From: Basidiobolus meristosporus CBS 931.73
Taxonomy: Eukaryota; Fungi; Basidiobolomycota
Assembly (NCBI GenBank): GCA_002104905.1
Contig: MCFE01000195.1
Span: 1-64,000, forward strand
Direction of reading: 5' to 3'
DNA length: 64,000 nt
The position numbers and the translations under genes are program-made. Shown piece after piece: positions 50,863 to 62,852 of this stretch. Every line of letters begins with the position of its first letter. Position 1 is the first letter of the stretch. The notes beneath the pieces are model-generated. The model was given only the letters and a program-made list of their open reading frames with translations, searched no databases and was not told the origin of the DNA.

Positions 50863-51855
50863 ATGTCAAAAGTAAAGAAGCGTAATTATCGTAAACGTCA
50901 AGTAGAAGAAGACGAAACTTCTAACTCAATATCTAGAGAATCCACACCCACTGCAGCCTCAGAAGAGCCTACCGAAGTGGGGTTAGTATTCATCGGCTTT
51001 CTCTACGCTTTGTTTTTCGCGTTGAGTTCTAAGTGTTCGATTTTCTATCCTTTGATACGCAGGGAGAATCTAGAGGAGCTATTAGAATTAAGAAAATTCC
51101 GTAGACGTCAACAAGGTATAGATGTCCAGGTGCTGGATAAAGGCGACCCTAAATCCAAAAAGAAACGCCAAGATGTGAAAAAAGAGTAAGGGCGTTTACG
51201 AGCCTCGATGATCGAACAAGGCTAATGAGTTTTTGAAGTGAGGAGGGCGAAGAGAAGCGACCAAAAGTACTTGAAACGTTTACCACGCAAACGGATGCAC
51301 TTGATGTTGACAAGCATATGTATGTACACGTAACATCCGTTGACAACTCTAACAGCTTCACTAATCGGACAAACCCGGCCTTCCAGGATGGCGTATATCG
51401 AAGAGGAAATGCGCAAACGTAATGGTAACCCCTCAGAGGAGGATGAGGCAGCTGGAGGCCAAAGCACCTCCAATGAATTGTTCCAGGTCCCCGATCATCT
51501 CAAGGTATTTTGAAGCCGATAGCGAACGTACGCATTTACCATCATTCTAACTAAGGGTCTCGAAACAGGTCGAGAAAAAGCCCATTAATGAAACCAATAT
51601 CAACTTATCCACCACTATGCTGACGGCAATCCCAGAGGTGGATCTCGGTATCGAGTAAGTGTTCCATATTTGCAATTCTACTGAGTAAACATCGCTGACA
51701 ATCGATGCTCATTTAGCACGAGACTGAGAAATATCGAAGAGACCGAAAAGGCTAAATTAAGAATGCTGTTGAATGAGAGGGATATGAACGTTGGTTCGGC
51801 CAAATCGACTGACAAGGTCGTCCTGGAACGATTCAAGAAGCGCTATAGAAAGTGA
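50863..51855 (+). CDS. C9orf78/HCA59/Tls1-like splicing factor, spliced
   Basis: KKRNYRKR; LEELLELRKFRRRQQGID; FTTQTDALDVDKHM|MAYIEEEM; MLTAIPEVDLGIE|TRLRNIEETEKAK; STDKVVLERFKKR. Confidence 0.85.
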
Positions 51856-52226
51856 CGCTTGGGCAGATGTTGTCAAAATAGCCTCCTCAGCACTGGTTTT
51901 CTCACATAACATCCCACCAATAGAAAGAGCCACGAAAACCCATCCTGGCACTTGGTCTACGCATCCTTTTGATCAAATAAATCTCAGCGAGTATTCACAT
52001 GAGGATACAAATGGTGGATGAAACCAGCCAGTTGGCCTTGATAGGATAGCGTGAATATCACGGGTGGGTAAAATCCCAAATCCGGATGCTTTCATGGATG
52101 TTTCGGTAGATGTATCTCACCAAAGTCATGATGACCAACTTGTGAACATGTGGGCATCGCACTTTGCTTATAAGGAGTGTTCGTCTGTAGAGCGTGGGCA
52201 TTTTCTGCATTCAAGCCCATATCCAG

Positions 52227-53204
52227 ATGACTTCCAGACGTACCAGAGTTGCCGTCGTGCAGGCATGTACAGTTAACGGATACGACACCCAGGCCACTCT
52301 GCCCAAGCTGGCTATACTTGCTAGAGAGGCCAGTCAGCAAGGCGCCACGCTCGCGGTCTTCCCAGAAGCATTTCTAGGAGGATATCCGGTAGGGTCCAAT
52401 TTCGGCACTCGGTTTGGCGAGCGGACGTGTGAAGGGAAGGAGGAGTTTGTTGGTTACTTCAAACAGGCAATAGAGCTGCCTGGTCCCGAGGCGACGTTTA
52501 TTGCGGATGTTGCCCGCGAGAACAACCTGTTCATAGTGGTTGGCGTGATTGAAAGATGTATTGGCACTTTATATTGTACAGTGATCTTTGTGGACCCAAG
52601 CAAGGGCCTGGTGGCCAAGCATCGTAAATTAATGCCCACCTGTATGGAGCGCATTGTTTGGGGCCAAGGAGATGGTTCGACCATGCCTATCCTCGATGTC
52701 CCTTTGAAGTCCTCGGTGCCATCCGACCAAGGCAGAGCATTTCAAGCCAAAATCGGTGCCGCAATCTGTTGGGAAAACTATATGCCATTGTTTAGGTACA
52801 ACCTGTATGCGCAAGGAATTCAACTCTACTGCGCTCCCACCGCCGAGGGGCGTGATTTCTGGATCTCCACCATGCAACACATCGCAGTAGAGGGCCGATG
52901 CTATGTGCTCGGAAGTAACCAGTTCGCCCGCCAAAAAGACTTCCCAGAAGGCCATCCATTTGTAGGGGAGGCTAACCCCGACGGAGTCATGCACGATGGT
53001 GGCAGCATAATAGTTGCACCGACCGGCGAGATCCTAGCAGGCCCTTTGCGTGAGCAAGAGGGGGTATTAGTAGCCGAGATCGACTTAGATGAGATGATCA
53101 AAGGAAAGTTCGAATTTGATTGTGTCGGACACTACAGCCGCCCAGATATATTCCAACTCTCGGTCAATGAGAGACAGAATTCAGTGGTGAAAAGGTCCGT
53201 GTAG
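52227..53204 (+). CDS. Nitrilase (carbon-nitrogen hydrolase, branch 1)
   Basis: Catalytic triad motifs VFPEAFLGGYP (Glu), KHRKLMPT (Lys), GAAICWENYMPL (Cys); DCVGHYSRPDIF; intronless. Confidence 0.93.
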   Translation: MTSRRTRVAVVQACTVNGYDTQATLPKLAILAREASQQGATLAVFPEAFLGGYPVGSNFGTRFGERTCEGKEEFVGYFKQAIELPGPEATFIADVARENNLFIVVGVIERCIGTLYCTVIFVDPSKGLVAKHRKLMPTCMERIVWGQGDGSTMPILDVPLKSSVPSDQGRAFQAKIGAAICWENYMPLFRYNLYAQGIQLYCAPTAEGRDFWISTMQHIAVEGRCYVLGSNQFARQKDFPEGHPFVGEANPDGVMHDGGSIIVAPTGEILAGPLREQEGVLVAEIDLDEMIKGKFEFDCVGHYSRPDIFQLSVNERQNSVVKRSV

Positions 53205-53951
53205 GATGTTATTTTAGTCTATATCCGCCCTGTTAATAAACGAAATCCTTAATAAATACTTCATGGAAAATTGATTTTAGTGATGATCACATTTAATCAC
53301 ACCTGTTTACTAAATGCAGTTGGAACCTCAGTTAAATTTATATCTCAAGAGACATATGAGTAGTAAGGCTAGAGACATGTCTTTGACATTACCCAGCGAC
53401 AGAGCTCAAAAGCCTTTCCTTATTTTTGGCACCTCATCTAGAGGAAGCATATATATTTCCACTTTTCCTGTGACTGTGGTAAAAGAGGGAGAAAGAAGGA
53501 ATGTATCTATGCTTGATAACGGTTTCTACCTCTTCGTGCGATAGTTAGGTGTAAGCCTGATTTGCGGCCACTAGAGGTTTCTCTCAACGCAGCTCGGGGT
53601 GTGCAACTGCCAATCGGTTAAGCGTCTTCCCAAGAAATCCTCCAGCTGGGGTTAGCTGGATATCTGTTTGTGTATCCATTATCGGCTATGGATTTTACTA
53701 GTGTAAAGAATTCAAGCGTTTTCATATCTAGCATGTTGGTGGACAGTACTCGTTGGCCTGATAGAAAAATGGATTTAAAATGATATCGAAATTCATTGTC
53801 TGCATATCTTATGAACATTTTATTCGCATTGAAATCCAAAATTTTGAAAAGCTCGAGATACATTAATGATAAAATTTTGAGGATTTCTGTCTCAAATCGT
53901 GCTAGAAGCCTTCGTCTTGGATACGCTTTCCTAGAAGCCAGGCTCGACAAA

Positions 53952-54647
53952 ATGCTCTCGAACTTGTATACCAACTTATTGAAAGCAACAACCAGGCCAT
54001 TCGTTTCATCTGAAAAGCTCAGTAGGAACATTTCGTCACGTATGTGTATTATTCATGAGAGAAAAAGCCGCATTTTGCATAACTAATTCCTCCTCAATCA
54101 TAGCTTTCATACGCCATTTTCAAAGCAGTTCATTTTTATCAAGTGAGTTGTTCGTGGACCAAAGGGTTTATTTGTAGTTTTCCCCGACGATTTACTTTAG
54201 CTATTATCCTATCGCCTTTTCTAACTCCGTCCTCCCACAGACCAACACTTGGCCGGTCAAATCCATGGAAAGGAAACTATCCAGGCCGTAAACGCCCTTA
54301 GAGAGCAGCTCCGTTATTATGCTATTGCGGAAATTGCTGGGCGTCCCTTCCTTGTAACCAAAAACGATGTTGTAGTGGTAGATCACATGAAGGAAGTGCA
54401 GTTGGGAGATGTGTTGAAACTGAACAGGATTCGAGAACTCGGCTCCAAAGATTACACCATCCAAGGAAAACCATATGTGTCTCAGGATTTCTATAGTATT
54501 CGCGCAACGGTAATCGAACAACCCAAAGGAAAGCAAATCGAAATCATCAAAAAGAAAAGAAGAAAAGGTTATCAACGCCGGCTCACCCATAGACAACCAT
54601 ACACCGTCCTTCGAATCTCCGAGGTGGAGGTTAACAAATTGGCGTAG
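53952..54647 (+). CDS. Mitochondrial large ribosomal subunit protein bL21 (5' exons approximate)
   Basis: YAIAEIAGRPFLVTKNDVV...KGKQIEIIKKKRRKGYQRRLTHRQPYTVLRI; a transit-peptide-like upstream exon MLSNLYTNLLKATTRP. Confidence 0.85.
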
Positions 54648-56913
54648 CTAAGCATTTTCGTTCCTCCTAAGCTTCTCAACTGGCATATCTTCTATTTCTT
54701 TCGTTGCATCGCCCATCATTTGACCTCTGAACGACTGAAACCTATCAGAAAACCTAAATAGATTCAGTCCCATTCCTTTGGCATGGTTGTTTACTCTGTC
54801 AATGCTAAATATATGTCAGTGCATGACTGTTGCCATATCATCAAATAAATTCACTCGAGATGAAGTAGGTGCTGCATCCTCCAGGTCTATACATAGCGAC
54901 ATGTGAATATAAATATGTGGCCTAGTTGCTCAATAAAAGTGCAACATTGGGATCTCATTGGTTATGGCTCCAATAGCCATCCATCGTAGCCAATCAACAC
55001 GGGGAATTGATGACAGGTTTGGCAAGAGATTTCTAATTTGATGTCTTGTCGAATCTACTAGTCAGTCACTACAAAGGAGTAGGGCACCACCACTGACTGC
55101 CACGCTTTCAGCACAAGAGCGGCATGACGTTTACTGCCTAGGAATAGATTGCCGAAGAAGCGGAGCAGGGGGGCCATTGTAACGGGTCCATACAAGAGGA
55201 TCACTCAGTCATTAATGGGGAATAGTACACCAATAATGGCCACGCCAAATGTGAGTACAATCCTATTGTAACGTGTCTATTAATTATCCCATGCGTTATT
55301 TATTTGTACATGGAGTATATGCAAACCTAAAATTATCAATGGAGTAAGGCCAGAAAGTCTAGGGATTCAGATCGCACGGTTGCTTATCGTTTTCACAATC
55401 ACGAAAAGTAGAAGCTTGCCTTTAAGTGGAAATATCGACCTGTGACACTAAGTGATAGTGGCAAAAAGCGAAGCAAAGGCTAAGTTCGATAGCAACCACG
55501 CCACCTCAAATGCATAGTAGCATATCCGCAGCTTCTGCCACTAGGGTCGAATGCTTGCTAGGCTCAGAATATATTATCTTCTACTGATGCGGGGAAATGA
55601 ATCTGAATGAGTTCGTAATTGGAGAATGAATCAGCAGTTCTACTTGTCTATTGTATAGAAGTAAGCTTAATGATTTCAAGCCTAATTAGCGCCCCTAATT
55701 ATTAATATGTTTCCAAATCAGATTCATCGGTAGCAATCTAGCCTGTTGGCTACAATCCGGAAATATGTAGTAAGCCTCCCTTGGCATGCAGTGAGAAACC
55801 CCACAGGTATCACAACAATAGTATTTTACTCATAACCACTCTCGATGAGACTATTACAGGGTAGGAGTTCATATGGCACCTTTAGCATGTCTGAGAGCTA
55901 GAGACAAAACACCTACATTTGTTTAATAGTCTGTCCATCATGTGTGGCTGACCAAATGAAGTAACAACTAGCCAACAAAGTTTGTTCCTGCTGCAAGGAA
56001 TACTGGTAACCTCAGGATCAAATGGTACAATTTCCAAAACGGCCCATGCATGCTCTGACCAGGGTAAGAATCTCACTTCGGGATCCTTGTGTTTATTAGG
56101 ATTCCCAGATGCAAACAGGCGGTTGAATTGCGCTTGGAGATATTTCGCCTGGCTTTCCTTGAGAAACCAGCTTGTACACTATTGTTGCATTCTTGGCTGC
56201 ATGAGTCTTACCATTTGTATATGATATAATTACTTGATATGGAGGGATACAAGTCGGGCTTTCCGAGCTGTACGTCTGAGGAGCTGAATAAGTAGCCCCC
56301 TGATTGGGCCTTCATATGATTGAAACAGCCACAGCAGATTGACCAGAAGCCACTCCTCTTCTTCTAGCTTCACTCAATGACCCGAGCAATGAGCCAATGT
56401 CTCCGGTCCAAAGTAGCTACAGCGTCTTCTTGAACGAATAAGCAGCCTCCACTGCCGCCATCTCCCCTGTCCACAATGGGCGATTATTATTATATTATAC
56501 GCGGGTATCATCTGTATCTCAGATTGGATTGAATCCAGAATGGCGAGCTATTTTTGGAATCCCTCAAGGTATGAGCATTCATGTGAGACATCAGCTGATC
56601 GGTCCTCAACTGCCTCTACACAACAACCCTCCATAAAATAGGAAAATCATGCATATTTTCCATAGAACTATGGGAGTACTCCTTGCCAAACAATGCTTGC
56701 TCAGAACCAGTTCTCTTGTGAATATGATCTGTATTAGGTCTCAATGATCTCGGATATCAATCAGCTACCTCTCCACGTCGTATCCTAGCCAATAGGCGTT
56801 CTCTCTTTGGACCATTCCAGGTCGCTCAATCACCATAAAGTGTGCCACTTCAAACATTGCCATCCACCCTACGGTCCACTGGTCTTGTTCTTCGATCCCA
56901 ACAGTGAAGCAAT

Positions 56914-57651
56914 ATGAGTTCCTTTAAACGCACTAAATCTTTCCAATCCTCTCAACTTCTGTCACTTCCTGTTGATGTTCAAATCCTTATACTTCAGCTA
57001 CTAGATCCCTCGACACTGCTTAGTCTCATAAAAGTTTCTCCCATCATATGGCAAGTTGCATACAAAGTGCTGGAATGTCGACTAGTCAAGTCGCCCTTGC
57101 GCGTATCTCTAATATTTCACCAAGCAAATTCCTGGCGGTTTTCTGCGGAATTCGAATGCACCTCTTGCGATCCTAGCACTGCCGATCTACTCTTCCGACC
57201 CTCCCAGAGGGTATCGGTTCGTTACTTCCACAATTCCAACAAAGATGGCCAACTACCGTACAAAAAAGAGAACCAGGAGTTTGTTACACCAAATTTGTTG
57301 AAGGACAAGAAACGCTATGTAACCGAGCTTACGGAGCATTCACTGTCGGTTCAGCCGAAATCTACCCGAAAGCTCTCTTGGAGACTAACATATATGGTTA
57401 CCAAGAAGGCGTTTATATCCTTCGTTCCCAAGATATGTATAGGTGGACAGTGGTTGACTCCACAAGAATTCGTATGCTCCCCGAAATTTTTCTTCAAACA
57501 AAAGCGGGATCTTGGGCAATATCTGCAGGAGCAGCCCAAGAAGTTGCTACATAAGCTGCTGAAAGGATCTTCAGGAAAGACCCACCCGAAAGAATATCGG
57601 AACTCTTCGACTGCGCTGGGCGCATATTCACGCAACGCACGCCATTTGTAG
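56914..57651 (+). CDS. F-box domain protein
   Basis: N-terminal LLSLPVDVQILILQLLDPSTLLSLIKVSP motif; 245-aa ORF. Confidence 0.7.
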   Translation: MSSFKRTKSFQSSQLLSLPVDVQILILQLLDPSTLLSLIKVSPIIWQVAYKVLECRLVKSPLRVSLIFHQANSWRFSAEFECTSCDPSTADLLFRPSQRVSVRYFHNSNKDGQLPYKKENQEFVTPNLLKDKKRYVTELTEHSLSVQPKSTRKLSWRLTYMVTKKAFISFVPKICIGGQWLTPQEFVCSPKFFFKQKRDLGQYLQEQPKKLLHKLLKGSSGKTHPKEYRNSSTALGAYSRNARHL

Positions 57652-58791
57652 CGATGTCGTGGTATCGTCTAGTTATCTGCTCGCAACCATACCCTTAATG
57701 ACTCGACCATTAATTTCCACCGGAGGCCAATCGCCCCCTCTACTTCTTCAGTCCTCGGATGTCTTGAGACGGCATTTTTGATGAATCACTTTTGTATAGA
57801 AATCATAACTGGCGGTGCGTGCACTTTCTCTATTTTAGCCATTTCTTTCGCAGGAAGATCATCCTCCATGTACAATAAAACCCATTTCACCATTAATCTG
57901 GCAGTTTGAGATGGAATGGCCAGGAATGGCAATTCGAAGCACTGGCTCCGTTGGATGATTCAAGGTTTTGAATCCAATCCATAACCTATGGACGAGACCC
58001 TCTCGCTGAAACTTCAAGCGCTTTTATGGACGGACGGAGCCGCCACGCGTTTCGGCATTGAGAGGGACTGCACTTTCGAATTTCCCTGCCGGAGATCCCA
58101 TTTCCGATGTTCCCTCTGGAATCTTGACTTGGGACGCTTGAGGGTACATTCGCGCGTGGAGCAGCTCCGACGCATGCCAGGAGATTTCCTCTAGGCTGCA
58201 AATGACCTTAGAGGTAGCATACACCGTGTACCCGAGGGCTGGATGAGAGACCGACTGCTCATGGTAACCTTGGTGTAGAGGCAGCCCCTGACCTACAACA
58301 GAGCATATCTCTACAATCAAGGTGTATCCGATAGCTAGTGTCTTTGACATAGGCCATGCCATTGATACCCTTCCAAGTGTCGACACATGGTATGCACATT
58401 GGGTTTTTACCGATCCCTGATGGCATATTCACCCACCACTCTCCAACAAAGGGTCCCGGGTGATTTGACTGATCTACTTGTTTTGGACAACAGTAGACAC
58501 CGCTGCGGGTGAGCAGTCGTTTCTTCAACCGACTCAATCTGGCGTGGATAAAGATGTCAGAAAATCACTCCTTCCATAATGAACCATTCAAAACAGATCA
58601 AATGTCTAGATTTTCCATCCATGATTCATTAATCCAAACATCAAATGGACTTATCATGATCTGTTTAGATACTCAAATTTGATAGCTCCTTTGGGAAGGA
58701 AAGCCACTCATAGGTCTTCGTGCATACACTATTGCGTTCCTCACCTGGACCGGTATATCTTGATAGAAAAAGTCTACCGTTTCTCTAGAAA

Positions 58792-61700
58792 ATGGAAACC
58801 GTAAATCCCTGCGGAACTGACCGCATGGATGAAACCCTTTCGTTGCTTGACTACGACAAGCTGATCAACATGGCGGATTCCGCTTTTGTACCAACGCCTC
58901 GAATCGACATCACCTCACTTAGTCAGCAAGACTTGATCGCCCAAGTGGAGAGCATTGTCGTTCAACAAGGGATTCCCCTTGTAATAGAAAATGTTGTTCA
59001 AGGTCAGAATTGGGACCAGGAGCTTCTGTCGCCTAGCTGGCTGTATAAAAACTATCGCGATATGGGTCAGTAGTTTAGGCTCCTCTGAGTGATACTTCTA
59101 GTACGTCCCCGCTAGCCACAGCTTAACCCGTTTGCTCAACCAGAAATGTCGCCCAGAGACATGGATACAAAGGATGACCTCCCGAACTGGACCTTGGGGA
59201 AATACTTGGATTATGTTGCTGAAAACGCGAAAGTCCCGTCACCCCAGAGGCTCTACGGAAAGGACGTGGACTGCCCTTCAGAATGGTCTGCCTACGTTGC
59301 TGAGCACCTTCCCTCCTATTTCGCGTACAAAGGACCCAATGATGTCATGCGTAAGTCTACCGCGTGCCTCTTTCCTCTCGGACTATGGTTACTTATGCCT
59401 GTAGCATCGACTTTTCAGCCTATCTCAAAGAAGAACTACAGCCTGATAATCTTATGATGTACCTGGGCATCGGCCAGACCTGGTAACATAATTTGATGGT
59501 TCCATCTCGAGTACGCTAGCAACCTTCAATTTAACATACCATCTGTGCTTAAGGACACCTGGACATGCGGATATATGTGCTTCTCATGGTCATAATGTCA
59601 TGGTTTTCACGGAACCGGGTAAACAGGCTTTGATGAAGGAAGATTTACCGACAGAAATGCGTGTTAATCTGTAGAGTTATTAGATTCCTCCGCGTTCTGG
59701 TTCATGGCTAAGACCTCGGACAAGATCAACGCTGCTGCCTTATGGTCAAAGCACGCTTCGGGCATTGCCTCCATAGACTCGGATAACTACTTTTGTCCAG
59801 TCAGTGATCTCGCCAAGGCCGAGTTTCCTGTCTATGTGGTGGAGCAGAAGCTTGGAGACTTTGTTCTGGTAGGCATGTCCGTGGGCTGGGCGTAAGATTG
59901 ATGTTTACTTACTTGATATCTACGTGTAGGTTCCTATGGAATCGGCCCATCAGGTCATAAATAAGGTTTGCTCCCACCAGTTAGACTGAGATTTATATCG
60001 TGTGCGAAGCAACTCACCGAGATGGTGCTCTTGTAGGGAGGCTTGAACATCAAAGTTTCTTGGAATCGCTCTACCGCTACGTCCATACGCTACTGCTTTG
60101 ACAATGTACTGCCTTTGTGGCGGAGGTAGCTAAAGAGGTCATCCATATATGAACAAGAAGTGAATAATGACTCTTTCTAAACCAATACAGCATCCTCAAG
60201 CCAGAGATCTATCGTATCAGAGCCATGACCCAGGCTACGATGCTAGCTTGGACCGACCGGTTGAAAACCAACGCGGAGTCGCTTCTCAAGCTTCCGAGCG
60301 AAGAGTTACACCGATTTATGAGCGATTACAAAACGATCTTAGGTGTCTTTAGAGATATGCTCATTGATGATTGGATCGAAAACCAGCCAGATGAACTCGA
60401 GTATCCGCCTGAGCAGTCGCCAGATCAGTTGGAGCACTCCAGGGTGTGCGACTTCTGCAAAGCAGATATATGGAATAGATGGTTCTACTGCCGTCAGTGC
60501 AAGGAGGACCCAAACACTCAAATCGACGAGGAGGACTATTCAGGCTATGACATCTGTGTAAAGTGCTACGCTGAAGAGCGAACTTGCATTCACCCACACG
60601 AAATGATTTTCATTGAGCACCGCCCCATGAAAGCGTGGATCGCTATGTATACCGCTGCCATCGAAGCGTTCAACAGTTTCATCCAGAATCATGACTCCGG
60701 TTTCGCTTCCGAGCCGATCGTATTCGATGTCCCGAGGTTTGTTTGAATTTTCACAACCCAGCTGGGGCCAGGTGACTGATGCTTATGCCAAATGTAGAGA
60801 TTTGCAAGGGCCAAAGATTTCCCCAATGACGATAGCTTACAACAAGTACTGCCGTCGGAAAAAGGTCAGCGATTCGGCCCACCCGCGTTGGGACGCCCAA
60901 CTAACCGTTTTCGATCGTACTAGAAAGAGGCATCGCTCTACTGCCATCAATGCAAAGCTTTGAAAAACACCACCTCCATGATATGGTGTGGGTGTGGCAC
61001 AAAGTATTGTGGTCAATGCTATTACAATCGATACCACGAGAACCTCTACGAACATATGCGGAGTAGAGAATGGAAGTGTAAGAAGTGTTTGAAGCAGTGT
61101 AACTGTGCTCAATGCCTTCGTAAGTTTCATAAGGGCGCCAGCTTGGAGGTCGCTATCCCCGAAGACTCCCTGAACGGTGATACCAAGACCATCTACCCCG
61201 AAATTATGTACACATTCCCGGGAGACAATCCCAAAAACATGGGGAACATCCTTGATGAGCGTTTTGTCGGGCGACTCAGTCAACACAACCGAGCTCTGGT
61301 AGGAGGACATTTCAGCGGGCATCGTCCACGTGCTTATTTAACCCATTGATATTTAGAAGGCGTCGCGGGAGAAGGGGGAGCAGAGCGGCTCCGGTCACCC
61401 TCATGAAAAGGTGCTACTCTTCAGAAAGCGATCACCCAGAATTTTCTACTAACCTTACATCATGCGCCTTCCAGGATGCCGTGAGCCATTCCAAGAAGAA
61501 ATGCGACCTCTCGGACCTGATCTTCGCCTCGGTAACCCATCCAATCTTTAGATGGCCCATCTTTCCACATCACTCATACGTTTTGGATTAGCCACGGAAA
61601 AAAGGGAAGCTCGAGCTCCCCGACCAGAAGGTGAAGGAAACCAAGGAAAAGATCGCCACCCAGGAGTTCGTCCAATTCCTCAAACGTCTCGACTACCAAG

Positions 61701-61900
61701 AAACACTACAAACCATCACGAACGACCTGAAGGCCGATCCCCACACCGACCCATCAATCCATACCCAGGTCCAGCAGTGGAAGCTTTTGCTCTCAGCCAA
61801 TCCGAGGTTAGGCTCGGTTCTCAGTGTATTCGAGCAGGAGGTGGACCCGCTCCTCAGTGCATCTACGTCCACCGGGCAAATCTCCAAGGCCGAGCCATAG
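58792..61900 (+). CDS. JmjC-domain protein with Cys-rich zinc fingers (incl. 4CXXC_R1-like), multi-exon
   Basis: IPLVIEN; LMMYLGIGQTWTPGHADICASHGHN (HxD); EQKLGDFVLVP..SAHQVINKG; CDFCKADIWNRWFYC; CGCGTKYCGQC...WKCKKCLKQCNCAQC. Boundaries approximate. Confidence 0.75.
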
Positions 61901-62460
61901 GATGGATGGTCGACTTGGTCCGTAAGCGATTCTGCCCCACCCGAACTGAATTAGAATGTTGCAGCCGTAAACTGTATCCACCCACCTATCGCCGATAGTT
62001 CGTTGTGAACAATATATGTATCTTAGCGTAGAGAGCCACCATATGTCACTGTCCACATCCTCATGTGTAGTCATCGCCGTCCAGGCACCTGGCGTCCGAA
62101 TATACTTCATGATTTGAATTTTGAGAATCTTTTGCGTGTAAACTTCATTGTGGTTTGATTGATCCCCCGGCATGTTCACGTTCCGAGGGTCTGACTTGGT
62201 GGCATTCAAGTGGCCGATCTTACTGGCCCTTCCTCCAAACGGTTTAATGTTTCCAAATACAATGCAGTGGATGCCTCAGGGAAGAGGACAAAAGGTTTTT
62301 GTTACAATCATCCACTTTGTCTCAAATCAACCCAACTTGGTTTCCCATAAAGTCCATCCACCAAAAGACCCTCCTTCAACATGGTTCCGGGGAATTTTCC
62401 AGAGAGTAAAGTCTTAGAAACCATTAAAGTACACATTGGTGATGGGGCAGATCCTTGAAT

Positions 62461-62749
62461 CCCTAAGCAAAAGAACTAAGAAAAGGCCGGCAGAATGCCA
62501 TCATAATATCAGCTGAATTCCAAGTTTCTTGAAACTTGCAACTCTCAGTATCTCAGGTACTAGCTGTCAGGCAGACAAGCAGACATATTTCTCAGCAGGA
62601 GATTAGGCTAGCTAGCATTCATACCAAATTTAATGATCAGCCGCTCATTACTTCCACCAAGAATTGCTACTAAAAACTTGAAGCAAAACCATCAGCTGAA
62701 TTCCAGCAAAATACCAGATGAATTCCAAGTGTGAGATTTTTTCATAGGG
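62461..62749. mobile_element. CCCTA...TAGGG non-autonomous element, free-standing copy
   Basis: Ends CCCTAAGCAAAAG / GAGATTTTTTCATAGGG; body homologous to 31632-31940. Confidence 0.7.
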
Positions 62750-62852
62750 ATATATATATATACTAAACCATCCAAAGGTTGCAGTGCATATTAAAAGATC
62801 ATGTCTGAAATCATGATCCACATATATTCAGTAGATATCATCAGTTCCTTCT

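Noticed and set aside
50863-51855. Tls1 ('telomere length and silencing') homologue near a telomere as part of the telomere system
   Set aside because: It is a conserved splicing factor 50 kb away among housekeeping genes; proximity is most likely coincidental
57986-58537. MDETLSL peptide repeated at 57988 and ~58824, and nearby minus-strand ORFs
   Set aside because: Similarity is limited to ~21 nt with mismatches and no coherent gene model emerged
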